NCBI RefSeq assembly: GCF_039654945.1
Contig: NW_027362117.1
Location: 1,674,001 to 1,738,000, forward strand
Length of the DNA: 64,000 nucleotides
Reading direction: 5' to 3'
From: Dendrobates tinctorius
Lineage: Eukaryota
Shown here piece after piece: positions 51,390 to 63,605 of the stretch. Positions within the stretch are counted from its first letter, which is position 1. Each line of letters starts with the position of its first letter. A program made the translations under genes and the position numbers. The notes below the pieces were generated by a model. The model saw only the letters and a program-made list of their open reading frames with translations, searched no databases and was not told where the DNA came from.

Positions 51390-52974
51390 ATATAGGGCAG
51401 GACTGTGGCTCAGTGGTTAGCACTGTACTATATATAGGGGAGCACTGTGGCTCAGTGGTTAGCACTGTACTATATATAGGGGAGCACTGTGGCTCAGTGG
51501 TTAGCACTGTACTATATAAAGGGCAGGGTGGCTCAGTCATTAGCACTGTACTATATATAGGGGAGCACTGTGGCTCAGTGGTTAGCACTGTACTATATAA
51601 AGGGCAGGGTGGCTCAGTCATTAGCACTGTACTATATATAGGGCAGCACTGTGGCTCAGTGGTTAGAACTGTACTATATATAAGGCAGCACGGTGGCTCA
51701 GTGGTTAGCACTGTACTACATATAGGGGAGCACTGTGGCTCAGTGGTTAGCACTGTGCTATATATATAGGGCAGGACTGTGCCTCAGTGGTGGTTAGCAC
51801 TGTACTATATATAAGGCAGCATGGTGGCTCAGTGGTTAGCATTGTACTATATATAGGGGAGCACTGTGGCTCAGTGGTTAGCACTGTACTATATAAAGGG
51901 CAGGGTGGCTCAGTCATTAGCACTGTACTATATATAGGGGAGCACTGTGGCTCAGTGGTTAGCACTATACTATATATAGGGCAGGGTGTCTCAGTCATTA
52001 GCACTGTACTATATCTAGGGCAGCATGGTGGCTCAGTGTTTAGCACTGTACTATATATATAGGGCAGGCCTGTGTCTCAGTGGTTAGCACTGTACCATAT
52101 AGGGCAGTACAGTGGCTAAGTGGTTAGCACTGTACTACATATAGGGCAGCATGGTGGCTCAGTGGTTAGAACTGTACTATATATAAGGCAGCATGGTGGC
52201 TCAGTGGTTAGCATTGTACTATATATTGGGCAGGGTGGCTCAGTCATTAGCACTGCACTATATATAGGGCAGCATGGTGGCTCAGTGGTTAGCACTGTTC
52301 TATATATATATAGGGCAGGCCTGTCTCAGTGGTTAGCACTGTACCATATAGGGCAGTACAGTGGCTAAGTGGTTAGCACTGTACTATATATAGGGCAGCA
52401 CTGAGACTCAGTGGTTAGAACTGTACTATATATAAGGCAGCATGGTGGCTCAGTGGTTAGCACTGTACTATATATAGGGAAGCACTGTGGCTCAGTGGTT
52501 AGAACTGTACTATATATAAGGCAGCATGGTGGCTCAGTGGTTAGCATTGTACTATATATAGGGCAGGGTGGCTCAGTCATTAGCACTGCACTATATATAG
52601 GGCAGCATGGTGGCTCAGTGGTTAGCACTGTTCTATATATATATAGGGCAGGCCTGTCTCAGTGGTTAGCACTGTACCATATAGGGCAGTACAGTGGCTA
52701 AGTGGTTAGCACTGTACTATATATAGGGCAGCACTGAGACTCAGTGGTTAGAACTGTACTATATATAAAGCAGCACGGTGGCTCAGTGGTTAGCACTGTA
52801 CTATATATAGGGCAGGACTGTGCCTCAGTGGTTAGCACTGTACTATATATAAGGCAGCATGGTGGCTCAGTGTTTAGCATTGTACTATATATAGGGGAGC
52901 ACTGTGGCTCAATGGTTAGCACTGTACTATATAAAGGGAAGGGTGGCTCAGTCATTAGCACTGTACTATATATA
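51390..52974 (+). repeat. 39/42-bp tandem array, about 38 copies of TATATATA plus the 5' head (A-box) of the adjacent SINE
   Basis: Unit tatatatagggcagcatggtggctcagtggttagcactgtac; internal 333-bp duplication (52298 vs 52631). Confidence 0.95.
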
Positions 52975-53240
52975 GGGCAGCATGTTGGCTCAGTGGTTAG
53001 CACTGCAGCCTTGCAGCGCTGGAGTCCTGTGTTCAAATCCCACCAAGGACAATACCTGCAAGGAGTTTGTATGTTCTCCCCGTGTTTGCGTGGGTTTCCT
53101 CCGGGTTCTCCAGTTTCCTCCCACATTCCAAAGACACACTGATAGGGAATTTAGATTGTGAGCCCCATTGGGGACAGTGATGATAATGTCTGTAAAGTGC
53201 TGTGGAATTAATGGCGCTATATAAATGAATAAAATAAGAA
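52975..53240 (+). mobile_element. Full-length tRNA-derived SINE with V-SINE-type core and L2-type tail
   Basis: A-box TGGCTCAGTGGT 52986-52997, B-box GTTCAAATCC 53031-53040, core ggagtttgtatgttctccccgtgtttgcgtgggtttcctccggg, A-rich end. Confidence 0.88.
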
Positions 53241-54420
53241 AATACACACAGCCTTATACTGCCATACCTTGCTAGATCCTGTGCTGACATAGAGCAATAT
53301 ATCACTACGTATAATGCCCTATAGTTCCTATAGGTGATAGCCTCTTGCCATCACTGTGCCCCTAGCTCTGCTACAGGGATGTGGTGCTGCCCCTGCTGGC
53401 CACCGCGAATCTCCTAATGTCTCATCCACTCGCTACATAATATTATACTAAAACTGACAGTTGTGACCCTAAAGTGCAGGACCCCCTCTGCCCGCGGCCT
53501 CGGCCCCCACTAGTCTGCTCGCCTCCTCCTTTGGCGACCACCTATCAGCTGCATCGTGAAGTTTCTTGAGTCCTTCTCCCATGTACAGTCATGGCCGTAG
53601 TCAGAGGCCGCCGCAGAAAGACCGGAGAGGAACACAGGCAGCGCGGGAGCGGCGGGGGTCTGGCAGCCGATCCTAATGTGGTGGGCAGCCATTGGTACTC
53701 CTTCGTTCTCCCTCTTCTTCTCACAGTCAGGACAGGTTTACGTTTGCGTCTCCTCGGTCGTCCCAGGACTTTCTTTCTCGGGATGAGTTCTAGTTTTAAA
53801 CGACATTATTCATTTTACTGTAAAATGAAAAAAAATATTAAGTGTCTCATTATCCGGCGTTCCCTGTCCTGGTGACGCGAATCTCCGGGTCGGTGCGATT
53901 ACAGCGAAAAAAAACTCTAAGGATTTTTAAAATATTTTACAGCTTTAACAAAACCCAGAACTTTGGAAAAAATGTTTTGCTTTGTCGCTGATTTCAGAGC
54001 CGCGGTCACGGTTGTATCGTTCCGCCGCGGTCACGGTTGTATCGTTCCACCGCGGTCACGGTTGTATCGTTCCGCCGTGGAGTTTTCTGCACAGTCGGCA
54101 GCAGATCTTACCAGTCCCAGATGTGCAACTTGTGAGTCGCTTTTTATTGCAATTTTTGAGGGAGGAAAATAACAAATAATAATTTGGCCGTTTTGATTCT
54201 TGTTTTAAATATTTTTCACATTTTAATAGATTTCTTTCTATTTTGCACAACAATAAAAAAATTTATGTTTTCCTGCGAATCCAGAGCCGCTGGGCGCTGT
54301 GTGACGAATACAAGGGGCACAGGTGCATCAGGAAGGTGGGGACCCCAAACACAGCGTATACTGAGCGCCCTGCGTACAAGACCCCATTACTGGGACACAA
54401 GTACACTTTACAGGAAGATC

Positions 54421-57190
54421 CCCTAACAGGACACGAGCCCCCACTTACAGGACACGAGCCCCCCACTTACAGGACACGAGCCCCCCACTTACAGGACACG
54501 AGCCCCCCACTTACAGGACACGAGCCCCCCCCCTTACAGGACACGAGACCCCACCCTTACAGGACACGAGACCCCCACTTACAGGACACGAGACCCCCAC
54601 TTACAGGACACGAGACCCCACTTACAGGACACGAGACCCCCTCTTACAGGACACGAGACGCCCTAACAGGACACGAGCCCCCACTTACAGGAAACGAGAC
54701 CACACTTAACAGGACAAGAGCCCCCACTTACAGGACACGAGACCCCCACTTACAGGACGCGAGACCCCCCCTTACAGGACGCGAGACCCCCCCTTACAGG
54801 ACAAGAGCCCCCACTTACAGGACGCGAGACCCCCCCCTTACAGGACGCGAGACCCCCCCTTACAGGACGCGAGACCCCCCCTTACAGGACGCGAGACCCC
54901 CCCTTACAGGACGCGAGACCCCCCTTACAGGACGCGAGACCCCACTTACAGGACGCGAGACCCCACTTACAGGACGCGAAACCCCCCCTTACAGAACACG
55001 AAACCCCCCCTTACAGGACACGAGACCCCCCCTTACAGGACACGAGACCCCCCCTTACAGGACACGAGACCCCCACTTACAGGACACGAGACCCCCCCTT
55101 ACAGGACACGAGACCCCCCTTACAGGACACGAGACCCCCACTTACAGGACGCGAGACCCCCTTACAGGACACGAGACCCCACTTCCAGGACGCGAGACCC
55201 CCCCTTACAGGATGCGAGACCCCCACTTACAGGACACGAGACCCCCACTTACAGGACACGAGACCCCAATTACAGGACGCGAGACCCCAATTACAGGACG
55301 CGAGACCCCCCCTTACAGGACGCGAGACCCCCACTTACAGGACGCGAGACCCCCAATTACAGGACGCGAGACCCCCCTTACAGGACACGAGACCCCCCCT
55401 TACAGGACACGAGACCCCCCTTACAGGACACGAGACCCCCACTTACAGGACGCGAGACCCCCTTACAGGACACGAGACCCCACTTCCAGGACGCGAGACC
55501 CCCCCTTACAGGATGCGAGACCCCCCCTTACAGGACACGAGACCCCCACTTACAGGACACGAGACCCCCCTTACAGGACACGAGACCCCAATTACAGGAC
55601 GCGAGACCCCCCCTTACAGGACGCGAGACCCCCACTTACAGGACGCGAGACCCCCAATTACAGGACGCGAGACCCCAATTACAGGACGCGAGACCCCCCC
55701 TTACAGGACACGAGACCCCCCCTTACAGGACACGAGACCCCCCCTTACAGGACACGAGACGCCTTAACAGGACACGAGACCCCACTTACAGAACACGAGA
55801 CCCCCCTTACAGGACACGAGACCCCAATTACAGGACGCGAGACCCCCCCTTACAGGACACGAGACCCCACTTACAGGACACGAGACCCCCCTTACAGGAC
55901 ACGAGACCCCACTTACAGGACACCGAGACCCCCCTTACAGGACACGAGACCCCCACTTACAGAACACGAGACCCCCCTTACAGGACACGAGACCCCCCTT
56001 ACAGGACACGAGACCCCCACTTACAGAACACGAGACCCCCACTTACAGGACGCGAGACCCCCCCTTACAGGACACGAGACCCCCACTTACAGAACACGAG
56101 ACCCCCCTTACAGGACACGAGACCCCCCCTTACAGGACGCGAGACCCCCACTTACAGGACACGAGACCCCCACTTACAGAACACGAGACCCCCCTTACAG
56201 GACACGAGACCCCCACTTACAGAACACGAGACCCCCCTTACAGGACACGAGACCCCCCTTACAGGACACGAGACCCCCACTTACAGGACACGAGACCCCC
56301 ACTTACAGAACACGAGACCCCCCCTTACAGAACACGAGACCCCCACTTACAGGACACGAGACCCCCACTTACAGAACACGAGACCCCCCTTACAGGACAC
56401 GAGACCCCCCTTACAGGACACGAGACCCCCACTTACAGTACGCGAGACCCCCACTTACAGGACACGAGACCCCCACTTACAGAACACGAGACCCCCCCTT
56501 ACAGAACACGAGACCCCCACTTACAGGACACGAGACCCCCACTTACAGAACACGAGACCCCCCCTTACAGGACACGAGACCCCCCCTTACAGAACACGAG
56601 ACCCCCACTTACAGGACACGAGACCCCCCCTTACAGGACACGAGACCCCCCTTACAGGACACGAGACCCCCACTTACAGGACACGAGACCCCCACTTACA
56701 GGACACGAGACCCCCCCTTACAGGACACGAGACCCCCCTTACAGGACACGAGACCCCCACTTACAGGACACGAGACCCCACTTACAGGACACGAGACCCC
56801 ACTTACAGGACACGAGACCCCCACTTACAGGACACGAGACCCCACTTACAGAACACGAGACCCCACTTACAGGACACGAGACCCCCACTTACAGGACACG
56901 AGACCACACTTACAGGACACGAGACCCCCCCTTACAGAACACGAGACCCCCCCTTACAGGACACGAGACCCCCCTTACAGGACACGAGACCCCCACTTAC
57001 AGGACACGAGACCCCCCTTACAGGACACGAGACCCCCACTTACAGAACACGAGACCCCCCCTTACAGGACACGAGACCCCCCTTACAGGACACGAGACCC
57101 CCCTTACAGGACACGAGACCCCACTTACAGGACACGAGACCCCCCCTTACAGGACACGAGACCCCCCTTACAGGACACGAGACCCCCTTA
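54421..57190. repeat. 21-23-bp minisatellite (ttacaggacacgagacccc[c/a]c), about 125 copies, just upstream of the POC1A promoter
   Basis: Direct periodicity with variable C-run length. Confidence 0.97.
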
Positions 57191-57369
57191 TTCCCGGGGG
57201 ACAGTCACTGATCCTGATCTTCCTAATCATTCTTGGACACATGATCCCCACTCGCCCTAAGAAGGAGAGGAAGTAAATTGACCAATTTTCCATTTGTAGA
57301 AAGCCTCAGTCCGGCAGCTGTGGCCGAGATCACAGGAACGGAGGTCTCCTCATAGAAATGCACCACCTG

Positions 57370-57796
57370 ATGATAGAACTACAAATCCCAGCATGATAGC
57401 GCCGCAGCTATAGAGCATGCGCAGTAACCAGCCGCTGGGATTGAAACGTCACACCTCCCGCCTTACTCTCCCCCCCCCGCGGCGCGGTGCATTCTGGGAT
57501 TTTCAGCTCTATAGGCAGTGACGTAAGTACATTCTCTGCCAGCATAGTGACTTCCGCTGTATCCCGTAACCTAGCAACGCGTCGTCCGTTAGCCACGCCT
57601 GCATGCTTTTAAGCCAGTCAGTTTGGAGGCGGCTCGCGCGGCGCTCTCACTCCTTAACCCCTCGGTGTCTGCACTGCAGGAGCCGCCATTGCCGATCAGT
57701 GAAGAGAGCGGCGGGGGCGGCGCATGAAGGGTTAACAGGCGCGGAGCGGCAGATTCATAGTGTGATCAGAGCGGAGGGGAGACGGCGGCCGGAGCC
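57370..57796 (+). promoter_or_regulatory. POC1A CpG-rich promoter and 5' UTR
   Basis: ACTACAAATCCCAGC 57378, NRF1-like GCATGCGCA about 57415, TGCATTCTGGGA about 57488, ETS ACTTCCG 57550, RFX X-box GTAACCTAGCAAC 57566-57578. Confidence 0.72.
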
Positions 57797-57808
57797 ATGG
57801 AGCAGCCG
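57797..57808 (+). CDS. POC1A: POC1A exon 1, coding part (MEQP)
   Basis: Kozak gccATGG followed by CCG|gtgagt; phase 0 fits exon 2. Confidence 0.8.
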
Positions 57809-60800
57809 GTGAGTGCGCACTGGAGGGGCCACAGCAGGAGCGAACGGGCTGAGACTTGTAGTTCCCCTGTGATGTCTTCTTCTGTCAGAGACGCAATATC
57901 TGTGCGACCCCCGGGGGTCCGAGCAAGTGTCCCCCGCACCCTCTTGGGCTGTGTGCACACACTGCGGAATCACCTGCGGGTAAAGTGACCTGCGGTTTCA
58001 CACTTCTACCATGTTAAGGCTGTGTGCACACGTTGCGGATTCTGCTGCGTTTCCGCAGCGGTTTTGGCCCTGCGGAAACGCAGCAGTTCCGCTGACCATG
58101 TACAGTACAATGAAAGCCTATGGGGTTTCAAAACCGCTGTGCTCACAGTGCAGTTTTTTCTGCGCGGTTTTGCTGCGGTTTACAAACCACAGCGTGTCAG
58201 TTGTTTGTGCGGTTTCCGCAGCGGTTTCCCACCTTTACCATAGTAGAGGTGTGAAACCGCAGGAAAACCGCAGACCAAACCGCAGGTCACTTTACCTGCA
58301 TTTCCGCCCGGAAAAATCTGCAGCGGAATCCGCAACGTGTGCACATAGCCTTAGGCTGCGGTTTTTGTTGCGGAGCTGCAGCAGTTCTGCAGACAGGGTA
58401 CAGTACCATGTAACCCTATGGGATTCACAATCCGCTGTGCCCACGCTGCTGTTTTTTCCGCGGTTTATAAACCGCAGCATGTCAGTTGTTTCTGCGGATT
58501 CCGCTGCGGTTTCACACCTCTACTATGTTAAGGCTATGTGCACACGCTGCGGATTTTTAACTGTGGAAAAGCTGCGGTTTGCCACCTATTCCATTGTCCA
58601 GGCGTCAAACTGCAGGCCAATCCGCAGTGTGTGCACACAGCCTTATTGCTCCACAGCCCGGAGCGTCCGCTGCACGTATAGCGGATCACAAGGCGCAGAA
58701 CAAGGAGCGAGCCACAGACCTCACCTCATAGAGTGCCACCGAGTACCTGACAGAGCGCCTCAAAGAGTGCCACCGAGCGCCTCAGAGCGAGCCACAGACC
58801 TCACCTCATAGAGTGCCACCGAGTACCTGACAGAGCGCCTCAGAGTGCCACCAAGCGCCTGACGGAGCGCCTCATAGACTGCCACAGAGCGCCTCAGAGC
58901 GAGCCACAGACCTCACCTCATAGAGTGCCACCGAGTACCTGACAGAGCGCCTCAAAGAGTGCCACCGAGCGCCTCAGAGCGAGCCACAGACCTCACCTCA
59001 TAGAGTGCCACCGAGTACCTGACAGAGCGCCTCAAAGAGTGCCACCGAGCGCCTCAGAGCGAGCCACAGACCTCACCTCATAGAGTGCCACCAAGCGCCT
59101 GACGGAGCGCCTCATAGACTTCCACCGAGCGCCTCAGAGCGAGCCACAGACCTCACCTCATAGGGAACCACCGAGCGCCTGACAGCGCCTCAAAGAGTGC
59201 CACCGAGCGCCTGACAGAGCGCCTCAAAGAGTGCCACAGAGCGCCTCATAGACTGCCACCAAGCGCCTCAGAGCGAGCCACAGACCTCACCTCATAGGGA
59301 ACCACAGAGCGCCTCATAGAGCACAACCGAGCGCCTGACAGAGCGCCTCATAGACTGCCACCGAGCGCCTCAGAGCGTGCCACAGACCTCACCTCATAGG
59401 GAACCACCGAGCGCCTGACAGAGCGCCTCATAGACTGCCACTGAGTTCCTGACAGAGAGCTTCATAGAGCGCCACCGAGTGCACGACCGAGCACCTCATA
59501 GAGAACCACAGAGCGCCTCAGAGCGTGCCACAGACCTCACAACAGACCTTACCTCATAGGGAACCACCGAGAACCTGATAGCATGCCACTGACCACATCA
59601 CCAAGTGCCTCAGAGTGCTCCACAGACTGCACGAGCAAGCACCTTAGAGAGCGCCTCAGAGCACACGAGCGACTGCCACATACCGCACGACTTAGCGCCT
59701 CAGACCATGCCGCATAGCGTGCCACAGACCTCACAAGTGAGCCCCTCAGATCGTGCCTCAGACCGCGTCACCGAGCGCCTCATAGCGAACCACCGACAGC
59801 GCCTCAATAATACCCGTCCTGTGCCGTGTCACTGCCGATAAGTGTCCCACGTCCGGCCGCTGTCACCGGCTCTGACAAACCTCTGACCTCTCTCCTCAGG
59901 AGGATCCATCCCTGGAGCGGAGCTTCAAAGGTCACCGAGACACCGTCACCAGCGCCGACTTCAACCCCAACATGAAGCAGATCGGTGAGTGACCGACACA
60001 GGCAAGAGAGCACCGCACCGCAGCAAGAGCGCAGAAGAGTGAATGCCAGCAGTGTCTGGTGACCGCCCGTCACCTCCATCATCAGTGTCTGGTGACCGCC
60101 CGTCACCTCCATCATCAGTGTCTGGTGACCGCCCGTCACCTCCATCATCATTGTCTGGTGACCGCCCGTCACCTCCATCATCAGTGTCTGGTGACCGCCC
60201 GTCACCTCCATCATCAGTGTCTGGTGACCGCCCGTCACCTCCATCATCAGTGTCTGGTGACCGCCCGTCACCTCCATCATCAGTGTCTGGGGACCGCCCG
60301 TCACCTCCATCATCAGTATCTGGTGACCGCCCGTCACCTCCATCATCAGTATCTGGCGACCGCCCGTCACCTCCATCATCAGTGTCTGGCGACCGCCTGT
60401 CACTAGAGATGGGCAGACCCCTTGATGTTCGGGTTTAAACATGACAGCGCGGCAAACACTGGATCTGATTGGCGGTAAAATCATTACTGCCAGTCAGAGA
60501 GCCTCAATTTTCACACTGTCAAATGGAACAACGTGGGAATCGGAAATAAAAAGCTGGGGGCTGGAATTCACAGGCTGGTAAGGGGCCATGGATATTGCCC
60601 CCCAGCCAAAAAATAACAGCCCGCAGCCTCCCAGAAAAGGCACATTAGATGCACCAATTCTGGCGCTTTGTCCGACTCTTCCCACTTTTCCTGTATCGGT
60701 GGCAAGTGAGGTTCATATTTGTGGGGTTGATGTCACCTTTGTATTGTCCGGTGACATCAAGCCCATGGCTTAGGAATGGAGAAGCGTCTATAAGACACCC

Positions 60801-63605
60801 ATCCATTACTAATCCTATAGTTGTATGGTAAATAAAGACACAGCCAGAATAAAGTCCTTTATTAGAAATAAGACAAAACACGTTTACTTATTATTTAAAA
60901 ATAACAAACAGTTATACTCACCTAACGCCTAATTCCACCGAAGCCCTCATCTCCTGTAATAAAAAAAAATAAAAAAACGTCACTCACCTGTCTGCCCCTC
61001 TGTCCCACGCCGTAATCCATGTCTGAGGGATAAAGTTTTCAACCTGGATGGTGCCAAGATGCGACCGTCCAGCTGAGAACCACTGGTGAATGAGATGTCT
61101 CGACTGCAGCATCAGTGACCAGTGGTGACGTCATCAAGGGTACCACCGGTCAGTGAGGCTGCGTTCCCAGCAGGGCTGAACTGAGGTGACCTCGGTGAGA
61201 GCAGCGCTGCACCATGAGACTTTTTTCTCACTGTGCTATCAGTTATCTCACCGATGTTTCTGCAGTTTAGGGGCCCGGCTAGGAACGCAGCCTCACTGAC
61301 CGGTGGTACCCTCAATAATGAGGATCTGCAGATCAGTGACGGAGGTGGAAGGTCTGGGACTTTAATTCTGCTAATGGAGTTGTGTGTTTGGTCAGGATTA
61401 ATGGTATCCACAATGCTGAGAAATCCCGTAAGAGACTGACCCATCATGTAATATCAAGAGGCGACTTGTTCCAAATTTATTACATAGTCGTTTCCTCCCC
61501 ACTTTACAAATATCATCACTATCTCCATTGGTGCAGTCACTGTGTAGACACTGATACATTACTGATCCTGAGTTACATCCTGTATTATACCCCAGAGCTG
61601 CACTCACTATTCTGCTGGTGCAGTCACTGTGTACATACATTATATTCCTGATCCTAAGTTACATCCTGTATTATACCCCAGAGCTGCACTCACTATTCTG
61701 CTGGTGCAGTCACTGTGTACATACATTATATTCCTGATCCTAAGTTACATCCTGTATTATACTCCAGAGCTGCACTCACTATTCTGCTGGTGCAGTCACT
61801 ATGCACATACATTACATTACTGATCCTGAGTTACCTCCTGTATTATACTCCAGAGCTGCACTCACTATTCTGCTGGTGCAGTCACTATGCACATACATTA
61901 CATTACTGATCCTGAGTTACCTCCTGTATTATACTCCAGAGCTGCACTCACTATTCTGCTGGTGCAGTCACTGTGTACATAAATTACATTACTGATCCTG
62001 AGTTACATCCTGTATTATACTCCAGAGCTGCACTCACTATTCTGCTGGTGCAGTCACTGTGTACATAAATTACATTACTGATCCTGAGTTACATCCTGTA
62101 TTATACTCCAGAGCTGCACTCACTATTCTGCTGGTGCAGTCACTGTGAACATACATTACTGATCCTGAGTTACCTCCTGTATTATACTCCAGAGCTGCGC
62201 TCACTATTCTGCTGGTGCAGTCACTGTGTACATACATTACATTACTGATCCTGAGTTACATCCTGTATTATACTCCAGAGCTGCACTCACTATTCTGCTG
62301 GTGCAGTCACTGTGTACATACATTACATTACTGATCCTGAGTTACATCCTGTATTATACCCCAGAGCTGCACTCACTATTCTGCTGGTGCAGTCACTGTG
62401 TACATACATTACATTACTGATCCTGAGTTATATCCTGTATTATACTCCAGAGCTGCACTCACTATTCTCCTGGTGCAGTCACTGTGTACATACATTACAT
62501 TACTGATCCTGAGTTACATCCTGTATTATACCCCAGAGCTGCACTCACTATTCTGCTGGTGCAGTCACTGTGTACATACATTACATTACTGATCCTGAGT
62601 TACATCCTGTATTATACTCCAGAGCTGCACTCACTATTCTGCTGGTGCAGTCACTGTGTACATACATTACATTACTGATCCTGAGTTACATCCTGTATTA
62701 TACTCCAGAGCTGCACTCACTATTCTGCTGGTGCAGTCACTGTGTACATACATTACATTACTGATCCTGAGTTACCTCCAGTATTATACCCCAGAGCTGC
62801 ACTCACTATTCTGCTGGTAATGGTGATGATTTCCTTGCAGCCAGTGGATCTATGGACTCATGTGTGATGGTTTGGAACATGAAGCCTCAGATGAGGGCTT
62901 ACCGCTTTGTGGGCCATAAGGATGCAGTGATGTCTGTGGAGTTCTCTCCCTCCGGTCATCTCCTCGCTTCGGCCTCCAGGGATAAGACCGTCCGCCTGTG
63001 GGTCCCCAGTGTGTGAGTATCGGGGTCTTGTTCTCGTACCTCCGCTTGCTGTCAGTGGTGGGATACACATTTCTGAACACTTCTCCTGATTGTGGAGCTC
63101 TTTCTCCCCCTGGTGGTGGATTTAGGTACTGCCCATGACCTGCATTCATCCTCACATGACCCGGGCTGTGATTTCTCTCTGCTCCTGCACACACGGTTTC
63201 TGGTCCCCGTTCTTCTCGTGGGGCAGATGGGGCCGTGTTCCGGAAATAAATCTTATAGTCTTACTATAGAGAATCTGGCAGGAGATGCTGGACGTGGCTA
63301 CATACAAGCCGGAGAGGAGACCGGCAGAGCCGGGTGGAGCGGTCAGTCCTGTGGGGGCCGCACAGAGATGCCAATCCCCCGTGTTCAGACCACCAGACGT
63401 TTTCACTTGTGACTTTATTTTCTAGGAAGGGAGAATCGACCGTGTTTAAAGCCCACACGGGCACGGTGCGGAGCGTCAGCTTCTCCAGCGATGGGCAGTC
63501 CCTGGTCACCGCGTCCGACGACAAGACGGTGAAAGTGTGGACGGTGCACAGGCAGAAGTTCCTGTTCTCCCTGAATCAGCACATAAACTGGGTGCGCTGC
63601 GCCAG
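57797..63605 (+). CDS. POC1A: POC1 centriolar protein A (WD40), 5' part; join(57797..57808,59900..59984,62841..63012,63426..63605); continues beyond the window
   Basis: [121 protein letters not shown] is A-type rather than B-type; head-to-head with ALAS1. Confidence 0.95.
57947..58643. mobile_element. Nest of related Harbinger-type MITEs in POC1A intron 1
   Basis: Left termini ggct(g/a)tgtgcacac at 57947, 58018 and 58532; right termini gtgtgcaca(t/c)agcc at 58350 and 58642; TAA/TTA flanks. Confidence 0.8.
58700..59790. repeat. Complex tandem repeat built from gagcgcctca / gagtgccacc / gagccacagacctcacctcata modules, decaying rightwards; POC1A intron 1
   Basis: Recurring modules with an approximately 82-bp higher period at the left end. 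Confidence 0.88.
59900..59984 (+). CDS. POC1A: POC1A exon 2 (85 nt)
   Basis: ctcctcag|GAG GAT CCA ... ATC G|gtgagt. Confidence 0.95.
60050..60403. repeat. 33-bp minisatellite, about 10.5 copies (cagtgtctggtgaccgcccgtcacctccatcat)
   Basis: Direct periodicity; each unit has a 6-bp hairpin ggtgac-cgccc-gtcacc. Confidence 0.96.
61528..62818 (+). repeat. 86/81-bp minisatellite, about 15 copies, POC1A intron 2; same family as 2850-4057
   Basis: Consensus unit identical to the BORCS6 intronic array. Confidence 0.97.
62841..63012 (+). CDS. POC1A: POC1A exon 3 (172 nt)
   Basis: ccttgcag|CC AGT GGA ... AGT GT|gtgagt. Confidence 0.95.
63426..63605 (+). CDS. POC1A: POC1A exon 4 (180 nt)
   Basis: ttttctag|G AAG GGA ... 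GCC AG|gtaagg. Confidence 0.95.

Noticed and set aside
52975-53050. Possible tRNA gene
   Set aside because: A- and B-boxes are present, but it continues into a SINE core and LINE-type tail with no terminator or convincing acceptor stem.
54243-57260. 1005-aa ORF
   Set aside because: Translation of a 21-23-bp repeat with random C-run indels and a non-ATG start.
58011-58811. 266-aa ORF in POC1A intron 1
   Set aside because: Runs through nested MITE palindromes and a tandem repeat; no transposase or other motifs.
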